Assembly (NCBI GenBank): GCA_964304625.1
Contig: OZ199838.1
Location: 5,468,178 to 5,532,177, forward strand
Direction: 5' to 3'
Length of the DNA stretch: 64,000 nucleotides
From: Kudoa neothunni
Taxonomy: Eukaryota; Animalia; Cnidaria
Shown: positions 12,588 through 26,000 of the stretch, one piece after another
Numbering within the stretch: position 1 is the stretch's first letter
Layout of the letters: each line of letters starts with the position of its first letter
Notes under the pieces: generated by a model
The model's database searches: none
What the model was told of the DNA's origin: nothing
What the model saw: only the letters and a program-made list of their open reading frames with translations
Program-made: the position numbers and the translations under genes

Positions 12588-12683
12588 TGATCTGGGTGAA
12601 CAGCGATGGTGAACGTATTGCTGAATAACTGGGGTGCTAGTACGCAGGTCCGATTTCACAGCACACAGTCCTATTAAAGAGAA

Positions 12684-12700
12684 GCACGTGCACATGCGCA
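12684..12700. promoter_or_regulatory. E-box plus NRF1-like motif ~100 bp upstream of the SAR1 ATG
   Basis: GCACGTGCACATGCGCA in the 245-bp gap between CCT8 and SAR1. Confidence 0.35.
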
Positions 12701-12831
12701 ATAATGCATAACGCCAAAAAAACCAACGATCAATAAAACACATCTAAAATAACTCGAGCTGTTACAGTCTAACATTAGTAACTAATTTATGTGTTTGATC
12801 ACGATGGTAGTGATGGATCCACCAGCACAAC

Positions 12832-15398
12832 TTAATCTTGGTCCATTGGGCCTGGTGCACGCACGCGTGGGCCACCAGCTGGTTTTGCCATAATAATTTG
12901 GTCGACAGCCAAAATTGTGGTAGCAGCGTGTGTGGCCTGCATAATGGCACGTTTTTTCACATATGTGTTATCAAATATACGGCTGTTGTTGGCATCAAGT
13001 GTTTGAATTTGATCACCCTAAAATTCAAATAATTACACAATCAAATCAAACAATGAATCGGTTGATATTTAAATTGTTACAAATATATTCAAACCAATGT
13101 GGTTGTTGTTGGTGGCAGTTTGTTGAGCTTGAAGTTTAGACATCGCTTCACTTGAACTAAATCCGGCATTTTCACTGAGTATCTTAGGGACTATGTGTAA
13201 TGATTGGCCGAATTTTTCAATCGAGTATTGACTTAGGTCAGTTTTTTCCTATAGAAGAACAGGGTTGGTTAATAAATAATCAATTTTCCATGCAGGATTA
13301 GATTAATTAATTAATCAATCATTTATTTATCCAGTTAAGCTATTATTTGTCTAGACTCAATTAGATTAATTAATCAACCTTAGAGAACTGAATAATTCGG
13401 TTGCCCAACACAAGTTCTGTAGAACCACATCCACTAACATAACCGTTCTCTCGAAGTGCCATTTTGAAAGCGTTGACACCATCATCTACCGCACGGTCGA
13501 TGTCATCTAGGAAACCCAAAGAAGAACCACGTAATACTATTGTGCTAGTTGATGATTCTTCAAGTTCTATGATGGATTTAATACAAATAATTGCACCGAC
13601 GATTGATCTTTTGATAAGTTACCTTGTTTGAAAATACAACAAGTGCTGTTACCATATTCGGTAATGTAAATCTCATTACAATGACCCAATTCTTCTGGGG
13701 TTGGTATTCGCTAGAGAAAAAATTAATTATTATTTAATTTCACTATGGAAAAATAGTTGTTGAAGGTCTCATTACCATTGTAGGAAGAGATACTGCTGTT
13801 GTGGCGCGACACAAACGTTGTATATCGAATTTGGAAATCAATTTAATCACCATTATACCAAAACGATTGGCATAATCAAGTGCATGGTCGGAAACCTTAT
13901 CCGAAGTGATCACCACGTTTACACCAGCATCTTTCAGCTGTTCAACCATCTATACAATTATTTTATTGTAGAGTAATATTAATTAGGTGTTGATAATAGC
14001 AACTAATTTAATAGACAAGTTAATTTACCTTGCCCACGAGACTTTCCTCACCAGCTGTAAATGCAGACAACTCATTAGCTGTATTCAGTAGGACTGTTCC
14101 CTTGGTTTCGGTATTCATTAAATCGAATGCCACTGTAAAAACAGCTATCTTGGCATTTTTCACACGAGTGATTTGTCCTAAGGCGCTTGTAACAAACACA
14201 AGCCCATTAACACTTTCGCTGGTCATAAGACCACTCCCCTAAATAAAGAATCATTATTATTGTTATTATTTTGATGACAAATATTGGCATGACAACAAAT
14301 TTATTAATTTTTTACAGTGTATTTTCAAATAAAATTACGTACCAGAATCTTTACAGTGGCCACGTTATCGACGCTGAAACTGTTGGTATTTTTCGATTTG
14401 GAACGCACTAACAATGTGAAGATTAATTGGATTCGAGTGGTGTTAGATTTGGCGAAATGAGGTTAATAAATTAACATACTGCAGGCTTCAGTGATAAGTC
14501 TTGATAAAAACTCATGATACGATTCCTAGAAAAAGCGAAAATAATAGTCTGAAGTTAATTTGGCTCCTTAAAATGTTTAGCTTGGGCGAAAAGTATTACT
14601 TGTTTGCTCATAATCGTCGCTGAAACAATTTCTCTCATTTGCTCAAAATTTTCGTAATCAGTCACTTTATGAACTGTCAATTCTAACCACGTAAATTAAG
14701 AGTTAATTTTATAATCGAAAAATCAACTTTGTAACTCTTCAATAGCGTAGTCGCATGCAGTTCGATAACCGTCAATAATATCGTTAGGAGTCAATCCCTA
14801 CAAACCCAACGCCATAAACAAATTTCTTAGACACATGATTACCATCCTCAATAAACCATCAGCTTCATTCAACAATTCTGATGCAAGTTGCACTACCAAA
14901 TTTGTACCATCACCTACCTATCCATCCACCCAAGACCCAGGCATTATTACATCCATCCTATCTCATAATCGGTTACCTCTTGTTCTTGCATTTTCGCAGC
15001 CATAACAATTATTTTTGCGGCAGGATGTTGGATCTATAACAACATGTATGTTATTGTTAGCTGCTATTGTCAATAAATCACTCACTTCTAACTCATTGAT
15101 TATAGTGGTTGCGTCGTTAGTCACAAAACGTCTATCCAAATGGTTCACAACAATTTTATTCATCCCTATTTTAAACATTTTCGAAATACCCATACAACAA
15201 TCATTACCCTGAGGACCAAACGATGAACGAGTTATTTGTGCAAACTCCTTACACATTTTAATATTACGAAATACAGCTTCTTCCAAGCCTTTGTAGTGCT
15301 AGTGGGGGGTTTTAATCATATTTCTCAACTATCACAACTACCTTGGAACCATCTTTCATCATTGATTGGTAGGTTGTTCGAGGAACATGGAGAGCCAT
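12832..15398 (-). CDS. CCT8: T-complex protein 1 subunit theta (CCT8), multi-exon
   Basis: MALHVPRTTYQSMMKDGSK start, EEAVFRNI..SFGPQG, VTNDATTI, GDGTN, TETKGTVLL, ISKFDIQRLCR, C-terminus VDQIIMAKPAGGP..MDQD*. Confidence 0.95.
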
Positions 15399-17064
15399 TT
15401 TGATAAGGTTGCGCAGTCAACACATGCAACCCTTCTACCACCCAAATAGGAGTAGTTGGTTTAGTTGGTTTATTTGGATGCTATGATAGATAATCCAACA
15501 TCAACATAGTGTTTCTTTTTACCAGACATATTCGAAACGAGATGATAATGAGCAGAAAATCTAGTTTGATGATTGTATTCAATACTTAAATGATATGTTA
15601 TGTTTAAACGTAATTTGGAGTTAAAAAATTGTGATTACAAATGGTTGAGTGTTGATTAAATGATTCGGACAAAATATAACTATTTTTGGATTATCGCGAA
15701 CATTAATAAACAAATAATGATTAAGATTTTTTAAGCATATATTTGATTTTAAGTAAATTGATATTTTGCCAAGACGACGTTGTTATGAATTTTTAGGATT
15801 TCTCTAACTATCTGTATTTATATCTATATCAGTGTTTCTCTACAAATTTTACATTCGTACCCCCATGCTGATTCCCTAATTTCGTCGCCTACTTAGCACC
15901 TCCTCCATGTGAAGGTCAATGCTTAGTTTTACCCATTATTTCAATGAAAAATAATAATACCAGTAAAAAATGTTATTGAATTATACTTTTTATTATTTAA
16001 AATGATATTTTAGCTTTCAATTTCCCGAATTATTTTTGAAATACATTAATTAAAACAAAATCTCTTTGGTTAACGCAATTTTCTACGCACAGTTGAAAAA
16101 GAAAAAATATCTTTTTCCGCCTCATGACTTAACACCCAACGATTGAAACTATCATTTATTCCCGCTTGAACATACCATTTTTATGCAAAGTAAAAACAGT
16201 TCAAATTAAAAAACGTTGTTATAATTATTCCAAAATATTAGAAACAACAAATTGATATAAAAGTAATACTGGATTATACTAATAAAAATTATAGTCACTG
16301 GAATATGTTCTGTACTTAAAGGAGCAATTTAAATATAACAAATAATTACAACCAATCCATAGAGTTCACAAAAAACTCACCATTTAAAACAAAAATGTTA
16401 TTGGGTATTTAATTGATCTGGCGGCTTTATCGTTCTCGCCGGTTTTAGATAAGTAATTCAAAGCGTGGCACATTGTTGATAAATGATACTTGCAAATTGT
16501 TCGGGGGTTCAGGGAATTCCGATACTTTGTATTTGCATACAATAAAGACGAGAAGCCTGTCTCATATACTATCTTGTGCGGAAAACCCTAGCGAATTTCT
16601 TATTCTATATTGATACAGATTTTAATTTAAACATTGAGGCAATGGGTTATGAAAAATTCGGATAACTCAAAACAGATGCCTTCTTAATGTACCTGAGTAA
16701 AAATAACTAATTATTCTGTTAAAATTGACATTCATCTATTTAAGTGTATAAATGAATGCTCTGATATTTATTGTAACAACATTTTTGAAGAAAATTCTGT
16801 TAAAATTCGTATCAGAGACCAGCCACAAATTCGAGCATAAAACTTAACCCTTTCGCTCCCAATTTTTTTTCGCTTTGAAAATTATTATTCTATATTAATT
16901 GTGTTTGTTTTTTCAATTCTAATTATTTCTAAGAAATCCGAGTTATTTTGTTGGAATTTATGATTAATTTTTCAACTGTCCAATATATGGGACAATGGGA
17001 ATATAAGTAAGTCATAATGCGGATGTGTGTACGCACAAAAGCACATATTTATGGATTTAAATAA

Positions 17065-18700
17065 TTATACATTTTTTTCTTTATGATGTTGAAAAAAACA
17101 ATTTCTTCCCGCGGTTAAACAACAGTATGAGTTGCATTCCATACAACATAATCTAGTTTCCATTTGACAAACGTGGCACCTAGACCTGTCCGTTCGTATC
17201 TCAGGGTAGTGACCTACGTTATCAAACCTGATTTGGCCGGTAAACTGCACTTTTTTTGTACTGAAATCATAATCTTCGGTTTAAGGAAGGTTTTAGATGG
17301 TCTTACTCTTTTTTGTAAGGGCGATTTTTTTGTAAAGTATAAGATTTTCACCTATACTTAATGAAAAATCTAACAAATCTAAAATATTCTTGTTCGGTAC
17401 ATTTCTAACAGCGCAATTTCGTCGGTATAATATCCAAGCATTGATTATTAATGTGCTCAAGCACCAGAAGAAAACTCGATAATAATATTTCCTGCATTTG
17501 TGTTGCATAACATAAAGCGACATCAACATATCAGAGGTCAACCCCTCCATGTTTTTATTATATTTATTAACAACTGCTGGACAAGATACCTCTATTATTC
17601 TTTTCTTGGATCGGTCAAATCTTCCTGTAAATGAAACAGGCTCAATTGAGGAATGGGTAGAAGAGAGAGTGATAATAGAGCTGTCAAACCAACGTGTAAG
17701 ATATATACCGTTTTTAGAATCTCCGACATAGTCATATGAGCCGCGTCCTAATTTCTTGAGCTTTTTGTCGGTCATCAGTGAAGATCCTTTCACTCTTTTT
17801 GAGCGTATCGTTCCAACCGAAAAAATATTTCTTTTCTTTAGAAAAATTTGGAGTGGAATAGAAGTAAACCAATTGTCAAAATAAACATAATGGCTACTGT
17901 CGTAAGGCAAACTTTCACAAAGCTTAATAACAAAATTACCAGATGTAAGTCCACAACTTCTACGTTCATTTGGTTTATTTCCATCATAGGGGTAAAAATA
18001 ATTTACCAAGCCATTAACACTACATCTGGAAAACATTTTGTAACCCCGTGTAGTCGGTATTTTTGGAATATACTGTTTAGTCTTGCATTTTCCTTTAAAA
18101 GGAATAATTTGCTCATCTATAGAATTATTCCTCTCGTATTCTACTCTCAGGCAGGCTTCTCTGATCGAATTTAGTAAAGGGCGAATTTTTGCAATTTTGT
18201 CATATTTGGGAGAGTTTGGTTCGGTCATAATGTTAGTATCGTACACGAAGTGTAATTATTTCGACACAGCCTCGAAGCGATTTCTCGAGACACATTCAGT
18301 AACAACGGAATATTGCAAGAATGATCCACAAGAACCTATATCTGAACATTTTAATTATGTCCATGATAATCATGACACCAATGTATTTTTGAATTTCTTC
18401 AATATCGGTTTCGAAATCGGAGTTTTGCCGAACGGCATATAAATTTGTCTCTAAGACAATATTTTCGAAGAGATCATTGCCAAAATAGAATTTAAAGTGG
18501 TCTATCGGCATAACCAGATCTTTGAACTCATCAAAATTTGTGGTAGATATCGCTAATCCATTTTCTATATTTGGTGGAACAAAATCTTTTCGAAAATTGA
18601 AGTCTGGCAGCATATCATCATCAGTTTCGAAAACTATGTCATGGCCCATTATCCCAATTTTGGGCGTTCCTCGAAACGCCATGTCCCTTATATGACCCAC
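17065..18700 (-). pseudogene. piggyBac transposase pseudogene (frameshifted)
   Basis: Three ORF pieces: LETNLYA, SIDEQIIPFKG, YFDNWFTS, RWFDSSII, YNKNM, C-terminal RCHVC..CMECNSYCCL..RNCF. Confidence 0.92.
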
Positions 18701-18891
18701 GTGAAGTTTATTTGATTTATTATTAAATTATTATTTTTTTTGTTTTAGTTATGATTTATTTAAAAAGTTAATTCATTTATATATTATTAAAGAAAATTAT
18801 CGTATATTTGTTACACTATATTCATGGTATATTAATCAATCACTTTTCGTTATTTTGCCTTAATGGATGGCAATGATTTAAATGTTTATTA

Positions 18892-20325
18892 TAGGATTTC
18901 TCATTTATACTCAGCATTTTTGCAGTTAATCTCGGCACCTTTGCAATTTAAATTAAGCGCATTCGCGTTTAATCTTTAAATTTGTGTGAATGCGTAGAAA
19001 TCATGAACCGGAGGAAAAAATATGTATTATATTTATTCCAACAACCTCAATAAAATTATTATTCTAGAATAATTTCACCTCTAGAAGACCTGGTGACGTA
19101 ACCCAACATTTTGCGATAGAAACCGTCACAATGTTGGGATGTGATTTCTTGGAAACACTCTTTTATCGCATTCTTCAACTCGTTTTCATCTTGACATTGC
19201 CATGCGGATAACTAGATTTTTCCAAACAGAGAATACATTCTCTATTGGATTCAGAGATGGACTATATGGAGGTGAATATCTTATCGTGAATTTTTGTTGA
19301 AGGATTAATTCTTTTAGTCCCTTATAATGATGTATTTTCGCATTGCCTATAACGAAAACAGGATTATCAATACCACTTGATACACAGTTGGATGTTACTT
19401 CCTGTAGACAAATTTTAAAATCCTCACCTGAAACCGCTCGCTCGTGTATCTTACTATATATGATGCCTTTTTTGTTTATTGCAGCAACTACAGATATGTT
19501 TCTGCTTCTTGCTGCAGAAACAAAACAATATGCAGAAGTTCCTCTCAAAGAGCGACCTCATTTAGGTCTTGTGACCACTGAAAATCCGACTTCGTCGAGA
19601 AATACAATACTCTCATGTGGTACGTTGGTTTCTAAGTCTCTGAACATCTCAGCATATTCAATTTTCTTTTGAAGCGTCGTCTCACAATTTCTTCTCTCGG
19701 GGACCCTTACGAGGGATTTTAAAGTGTAATGAAATTTGCCGATAACTCTGTCTATCGTGCTTAGGGACACTGTTATTCCAAAATCGTCATTAACTTTTTG
19801 TTTAAGTTCTTTCAACGTAATTTGAGAGTTGTCGTCCACCCACCCGATAATATTTTCCTTCTGATCAGGAGAGAGGAGTGAAGGTCTTTTTCCGCCTCTA
19901 GATTTTGCATCTAGTGTTCCGGTTTCGCGAAACTTTGATAATATGGACCACACGGTGGATCTTGGTAGATGCATTTCGGAAGCAATGTAAGTATCACTTC
20001 TTCCACTTAAACAGAAATTAAACATTTGTTCTCTTAAGTCGGAAGAAATAGTTTTTCACAGCTTTCTTTTTTCTTTGTGTGTTGGTATATTAGAAATTTC
20101 GCTATCATCGGATGTGGAGCTCTCAGATTCAACGATATGACCTTTGTTATTAGGGTTCATCTAGTGAATTCAATCTCTTAATAATATAAAAATAATATTA
20201 CAAAAAATACTTTTTTAGCTAACGCGAGATATTAAAAAATTTGAATACTACTTTTGAGGTGCTGATATCAATTGCAAACGTACCGGGATTAAATGCAAAC
20301 TGCCGAGTATAAATGAGAAACCCTA
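18892..20325 (-). mobile_element. Tc1/IS630-like transposon (DD34E spacing), inactivated
   Basis: ~55-bp TIRs (TAGGATTTCTCATTTATACTC.. / ..GAGTATAAATGAGAAACCCTA) in TA context; HTH ORF 19558-20025 with FLDEVGF, an in-frame TGA, then VI(G)NAKIHH..SPSLNPIE with the second Asp changed to Gly. Confidence 0.92.
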
Positions 20326-20334
20326 TATAATAAA

Positions 20335-21447
20335 CTAGTGGGAACTGCCCAACGTTGCTTAGGGAAGATTTCGCATAGATACGTTTCTTAACAATATTCG
20401 AAAAATATATTTAGGCCTAAAATTAACCCATAGATGCAAAATAACTAAAAATTTTTGAGCAATATACTTTAAAGATTTGGATTATGAAGTTTAAATTTGT
20501 TCATTTAAAATTTCGTGGCTCGGCACCAACGCTAAATAAATTAAGTTCAGCATCGTATTTTTTTCATTCCCGAATTATTTAATGCCGTTAAAGTGTTATC
20601 TAAAATGTTATTTTTTGGCCGGAGGATTTTTAAAGGTCGAATTCTGGCCCCGCTCTATAACTGTGGGTACCATTAACTTTTTGAGAGATAAAAAAATGGA
20701 GAAAGTAATAGAGATAGAAGAAAACGTATGAAAATTAATTGATATTGCTAAAATTAATATCTTTTGGTCCGCAAAAACTTTAATGCGCTTTTTTCTACCA
20801 AATAATTTAAATAATTGGATGAAGTAACCATACAACCATCTGCACTGAATTGAATCACTGAAAGTTCAACATAACGGACGGTTTCAATGAAACCTACGGA
20901 CAAGGTACTTGCGTTATAGTGCTTCAATCTATCTGATTATAACGCGCATAACCAACTGAATAATAATGCAAATATTGACAATTTTTCGTATCTAAATCCA
21001 CTAAAAGAGCCTTTAAAATGTGTTTATCAAGTCAATTACATTAAAACCCCCGATATAAGGAATTTATTTGAGCAAACAATAAAATAAACGCACAAATCTT
21101 ATACGTAAAGACACATGGCATCGTCCAATTAACATATGATAGAGTATACAAGGGAGATAGTTAACTTCAACCGACCATCACCATGACATAAGTAAGCTCT
21201 AATCCTATAGCTGAACTCACTCATGTAAACCGATAAACAACTTTAAATCGACAAAATCACTATTTCATAAATATCTTTTGGAAACTTTAGTAGTCCGAAA
21301 ACAATTAAACGATTTTTTTAAATATCACAAATTTATAAAAAATTTTATATATGGCTCTTTATAAGAAAAAAATTATCCGCACATGCGTACTTAGGGGCAT
21401 ACACACACAAGCGTACCGACAGTTCTCCTTTATACATATAAAAAGGA
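20335..21447 (-). mobile_element. Non-autonomous Helitron-like element, family B
   Basis: CTAG end plus hairpin CCCAACGTTGCTTAGGG; the other end has (AC)n then CTTTATACATATAAAAAGGA(T), the same architecture as family A. Confidence 0.65.
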
Positions 21448-23012
21448 TATTATTTTGTTATTTAATTAGTGGTGGAAATATAATATTAATATCAACAAGT
21501 AGAGATTAATTATTTACATTTAAAGTATGGTCATGGTAAACTAAAATCGTAATTAATGGTTAAATTGTTTGTCCCACCAATGGGACATTGGGGACGAAAG
21601 GGTTAAATGAATTTTTTCAAACATTGCAATATAACAGTCATAAAACACGCGATGCTAATCTTACGGGCCAATAGTTATTATCTTTTTATATCGATTCGAT
21701 CATTTCTATTTATTATAATAAAAATATTTATCCAGTCAATATATTGTAAGACGGCGAATCTAATTAAAAACATGTTCCTCGTAATAAATATAAAAAAATC
21801 CAAATATTGTATTGCAAGGGTGGGTGAACTTTTTTATCCTCGGGTTGTAGGGAGATAATATGCTAAGAAAAGGGGGCCACAAAATTCCAAAATAGCCTTT
21901 TATACCAACATTGAAATGCAGATAGAACAATGATTTTTTATTTTAAATTAATTCATTTCAAGTAGAGTAGGTGACATCACTTATAAAATGTTTTTTAAGC
22001 ACTCAGAATAAAATGCATAATGAATAATGAATTCTAATAATGTTTAATACTTTATCAATAATGGAATTTAAATTTTGCCAACTAATGAATAATATTCGTC
22101 CATTTTTACCAACATTCCGAAGAAATAATAATTATTCATCTCACAACTCCTCATATTAATATTATCTATTGATATTATCTATCAATATTACATTAAAATA
22201 ATCTAATATAAAAATTCGCTTTAAATTCATTCTTTAATTTCTAATTAACTGTTAATAACATTTTTATGAATTAGAACTTTGTCATTCGGGAAACTAAAAC
22301 ACTGTCGTCAGTATGTTCATAATTTGCAAACTAATGAAAAGAAATAGTTTATAAAATATTAAATGTGTAATTATACGTTTATATTACATTTAGTAATGAT
22401 AGAATGTTTTGCTCAATTCAAACACTCCGATGGAATAATAATAAAGCATCCCTCGGATTGGCCCGACGAGAAACGACCCCAATACATTGCGCTATTCTCT
22501 TGCTGTTTCTGAATGGCTGTCTAAAATGCTTCACTGCGAACAAACTTATTATTGTAAAATGTTTAATCTTAGATTTTTTTTATTGGTCTGAAGTAAATTT
22601 TTTATGTATTAACCTAATAATTGGATCCATTCCCATTCTATTGATCTATTTCTTTGCTTTTATTGTGAAAAAATTTTTTGTTTTTGGGGTAGGTTGTAAA
22701 TTCGAAAACACAATTATTAATGAATCAATGTCAATTCTACCGCTTAAATTCGAATAAGATTGTAAATCAGAAGCCATCTGTAGGATTGAATCGTGGAAAA
22801 ATTGCACTAACAGATTTATTGTTGAAGATACACAATTGGCCGATTAATTGGATTAATCATAACAAAAATTAGATAAAGAATGAAATGTTTGGCCAGAGAA
22901 TCTATTCTCCACAATGGTAATCATGATAAAGCGAAGATTAGTTATTTGGAATCGTCGGGGACTCGTTTTCAGATAGTTCCGATAAAGGGTTGTTTCACGT
23001 TGGACCGAATTA

Positions 23013-26000
23013 ATGAAACGGAAGGAAATTTTGAAGACATTGCACAAAATAAAATGGGACGGAAAGGTGTCAAAACTTCCTCAGCTTGGGAAACTTTTAA
23101 AAAATGCTCTTGTCTCGCCTAAAATCGATCCAAGTGTAGTGTTGGACTATTTGCTCATAGAGAACGCCACTTTCAAATACATTAACACATGTCAGGACAA
23201 CAAAGATGATTTTCTATTGGAAAATTGTGAATTGGAGACGGTGAATAAGTTTGTTGAGTCGTGCGAACCGATTTTCAACCTATCTCACCCATTTGTCCAA
23301 GAGATATTGGGTCTCGATATCGCTTGCCTTGGTCTCATATTGTCATATATGTGTAAAAATTATACCGACGTTGTGGATCGATTTGTCAAGCTGGGTAAGG
23401 AGTACAACATAACCAAACTTTCAATCGACAATTGCGCCACACATACCATGAAATTAGTTGCCGAAGTAACAATGTACTACATTGCTACCTGTCTACGATT
23501 GGAAAGGGAATTATCAGGTGAATAATTTTTCTTACAGGATAGTTCTATCTTGATTGATGTTAAGACGAGTTGGCGTTGTTTTCAATGAATACTTTCATGA
23601 AACTCTGTGAAAAATTTGAGGAAACCATTAGCAACACTAAAAGAAGACTTCTCCACTTATCCATTCCTAGAATACATGTGTATTTGATGACTGCACTGCG
23701 TTTGTATGTCGCTTTGGTATCGCAGATGAATAATTTTCTGTTTAACATCACAGCATGTCTGAGTATTTACCAATTATTGTCACAGGTCGTTTCCACTGTT
23801 GATATTAAACTGGATAATTGTTACTACGAAAGGTATAATCTGCTTCATGCGATTTTCGTACGGTTAGCTGTTTGTGGTTACAGCCAATCACGAGATTATA
23901 TATTAATTGATCGTACGTCTAATCTAATATTTATTATAGGTATGTATATGTACCTTTGACAATTTTATCTACTCAAATTATGGTGTGTTGTTGGAGCTCT
24001 GCGTCCACGTTGCAATTGCAAGGGAAAGATTCCGACCCAAAAGCTCAACGACGGCGTAGTAAAACGTTAGGAAACGATGTTGAAAAAGTCGACCTGAATC
24101 TCCTCCAACAAGTCAACACTGTTTACACTGCAGATTGTTCTCGATATATTGTGAATTATTTGGGAAGGTTGTATTTGACATGTTCAGATTTTCGTCTGAC
24201 AGATATGGAATCATCTGTAAGTATTAAAATTAACCACTTCTCCGCATTAATGCTGACTAATTCCATTGAGACCAAATTTGATTAGAGAATTTTGCGCTGA
24301 TCCATGCGAATTTAATCCCTACTGTATAGTCAATTATTTTCGACTCATTGTTACGCGGTTAGAAGTAAGGGATAATTAGATATGGTGAATTTCGAAAACG
24401 GAACTAAATTAGCTACCTATAGATATAGATATGGATTGCGAGGATTAAAAATTCTGCTTCGCAAACGTAAATGACATTTAATATTATATTTAAATGGGCC
24501 GATAGCAACCCCCTTAACCCTCGAATACCTGGAGGTGGCCAATCAACGCTTATTATATCAACAACTTTTACAAAATATTATATTTTTTCCCGGTGCGTAT
24601 TTTATAGTATAATGGTGCTTTTAAAAATACTTAAGTAATGGGGTTTTATGTTTAATTTTTTAGCTTAAAATCAAAAAAGAGAAAGTTACACGAATACCTG
24701 AACATACACACCATATAAATAATAACGTTCGGATAGTTAAAACATATAAAAAAGCATTTCTGTGGTAAAATAAACATTATAAATTTATTTGTAAGCGAGG
24801 AATTTTTTTGAATTCATTTTTTTGTTTCTATGACAACTTGATTCTATTAACTAATTTAATGTGGCATGGGAATCGCGCATATAATAATTTTGTTAGATTA
24901 TCTATCAAGTAAAAGTAGAAAATTAAATATAGTTGTTTAAAGTCTAATTTAGATCATCTTATCATAACCTAAAAATTCAAAATCTAAATATCCTTTAACT
25001 ATATATATATTCAGATTATTTTTGTCAACAGGGAAGATATTTCGTGATAAAATCATAGATTCTGAGAATAAAACGAAACCTCAGCTTTTAAAATAATAAT
25101 AATAAGTAAATATGAAAAATGAAGCAATAATAAGACAGTTTATTTCTAATTTTTCACGCTACTCAAAGTACATACTAGCATGATTATTCCTGTTCTTTGC
25201 ATTTGCGCAAATAAACGTCACAAAAATGTATCATTGATTTATTTTTATTAAATTTATTATATTCCAAAATGTAAAAAATAACATAAATAATTATATTCTT
25301 AATCTTAGGTGCAACGAATTCTATTATTTTAATACGTTTTTGTGTGTGGTCACAGTGGCCACCTTCAAGTATTTGTGTAACTTTTTCCTCGGGTGTTCTA
25401 GGGTTAATCTACATTTTTTCAATTGAACTACTCATCAAAATATTAATCTACAACAATATAGATCAATCAATTTGTAAGTATATTGATGTTGATTTACACC
25501 GCCCACGCCCCCAGCACATATCTGACTGATATATCGTTTGATGGAATGAGATGTGGATACAAAAATAGGTATCTACATTTTTGCTTTGGTGCCTCAGCAT
25601 TAGTAGGCAAAAGGTACGCGCTTTCGCGTGCCTCATTGGAATCATTAACAGATTTTTGTTCGTGTAATGAATTCAATGACCATCTTCAAATCTCCTCGTT
25701 ACTATTATTGCTGTCCACCTATATAAATAATACTGGCCAAGTTGACAAGGCCATAGAGCTGATTGAGAAACAAATTCTACCATATCGAAAACAACTCCCA
25801 TCCTACAGTTTAGCCTTGATTTATCTCGCGTATTCCATTTGTTGCTTGTATAAGTCAAGATATGTGGTTTTGTGCGGTGAAAATCGAAATAATCTTCTTA
25901 GACAGGCGCTTGAGCATATAGACAAAGTATTATTGTCATAATAAAAATTCATCTATTGATTATCAATTGTGTGTATGTGCACATTTCATATAGGCGTGTG

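Larger units (their letters stand above)
16848..21602 (-). mobile_element. piggyBac (PGBD2/3-like) transposon carrying nested Tc1 and Helitron-like insertions
   Basis: TTAA 16844-16847 and 21603-21606; TIR CCCTTTCGCTCCCAAT / ATTGGGGACGAAAGGG. Confidence 0.92.

Noticed and set aside
11825-13032. Plus-strand ORFs over SAR1 and CCT8
   Set aside because: They are antisense shadows of the spliced minus-strand genes.
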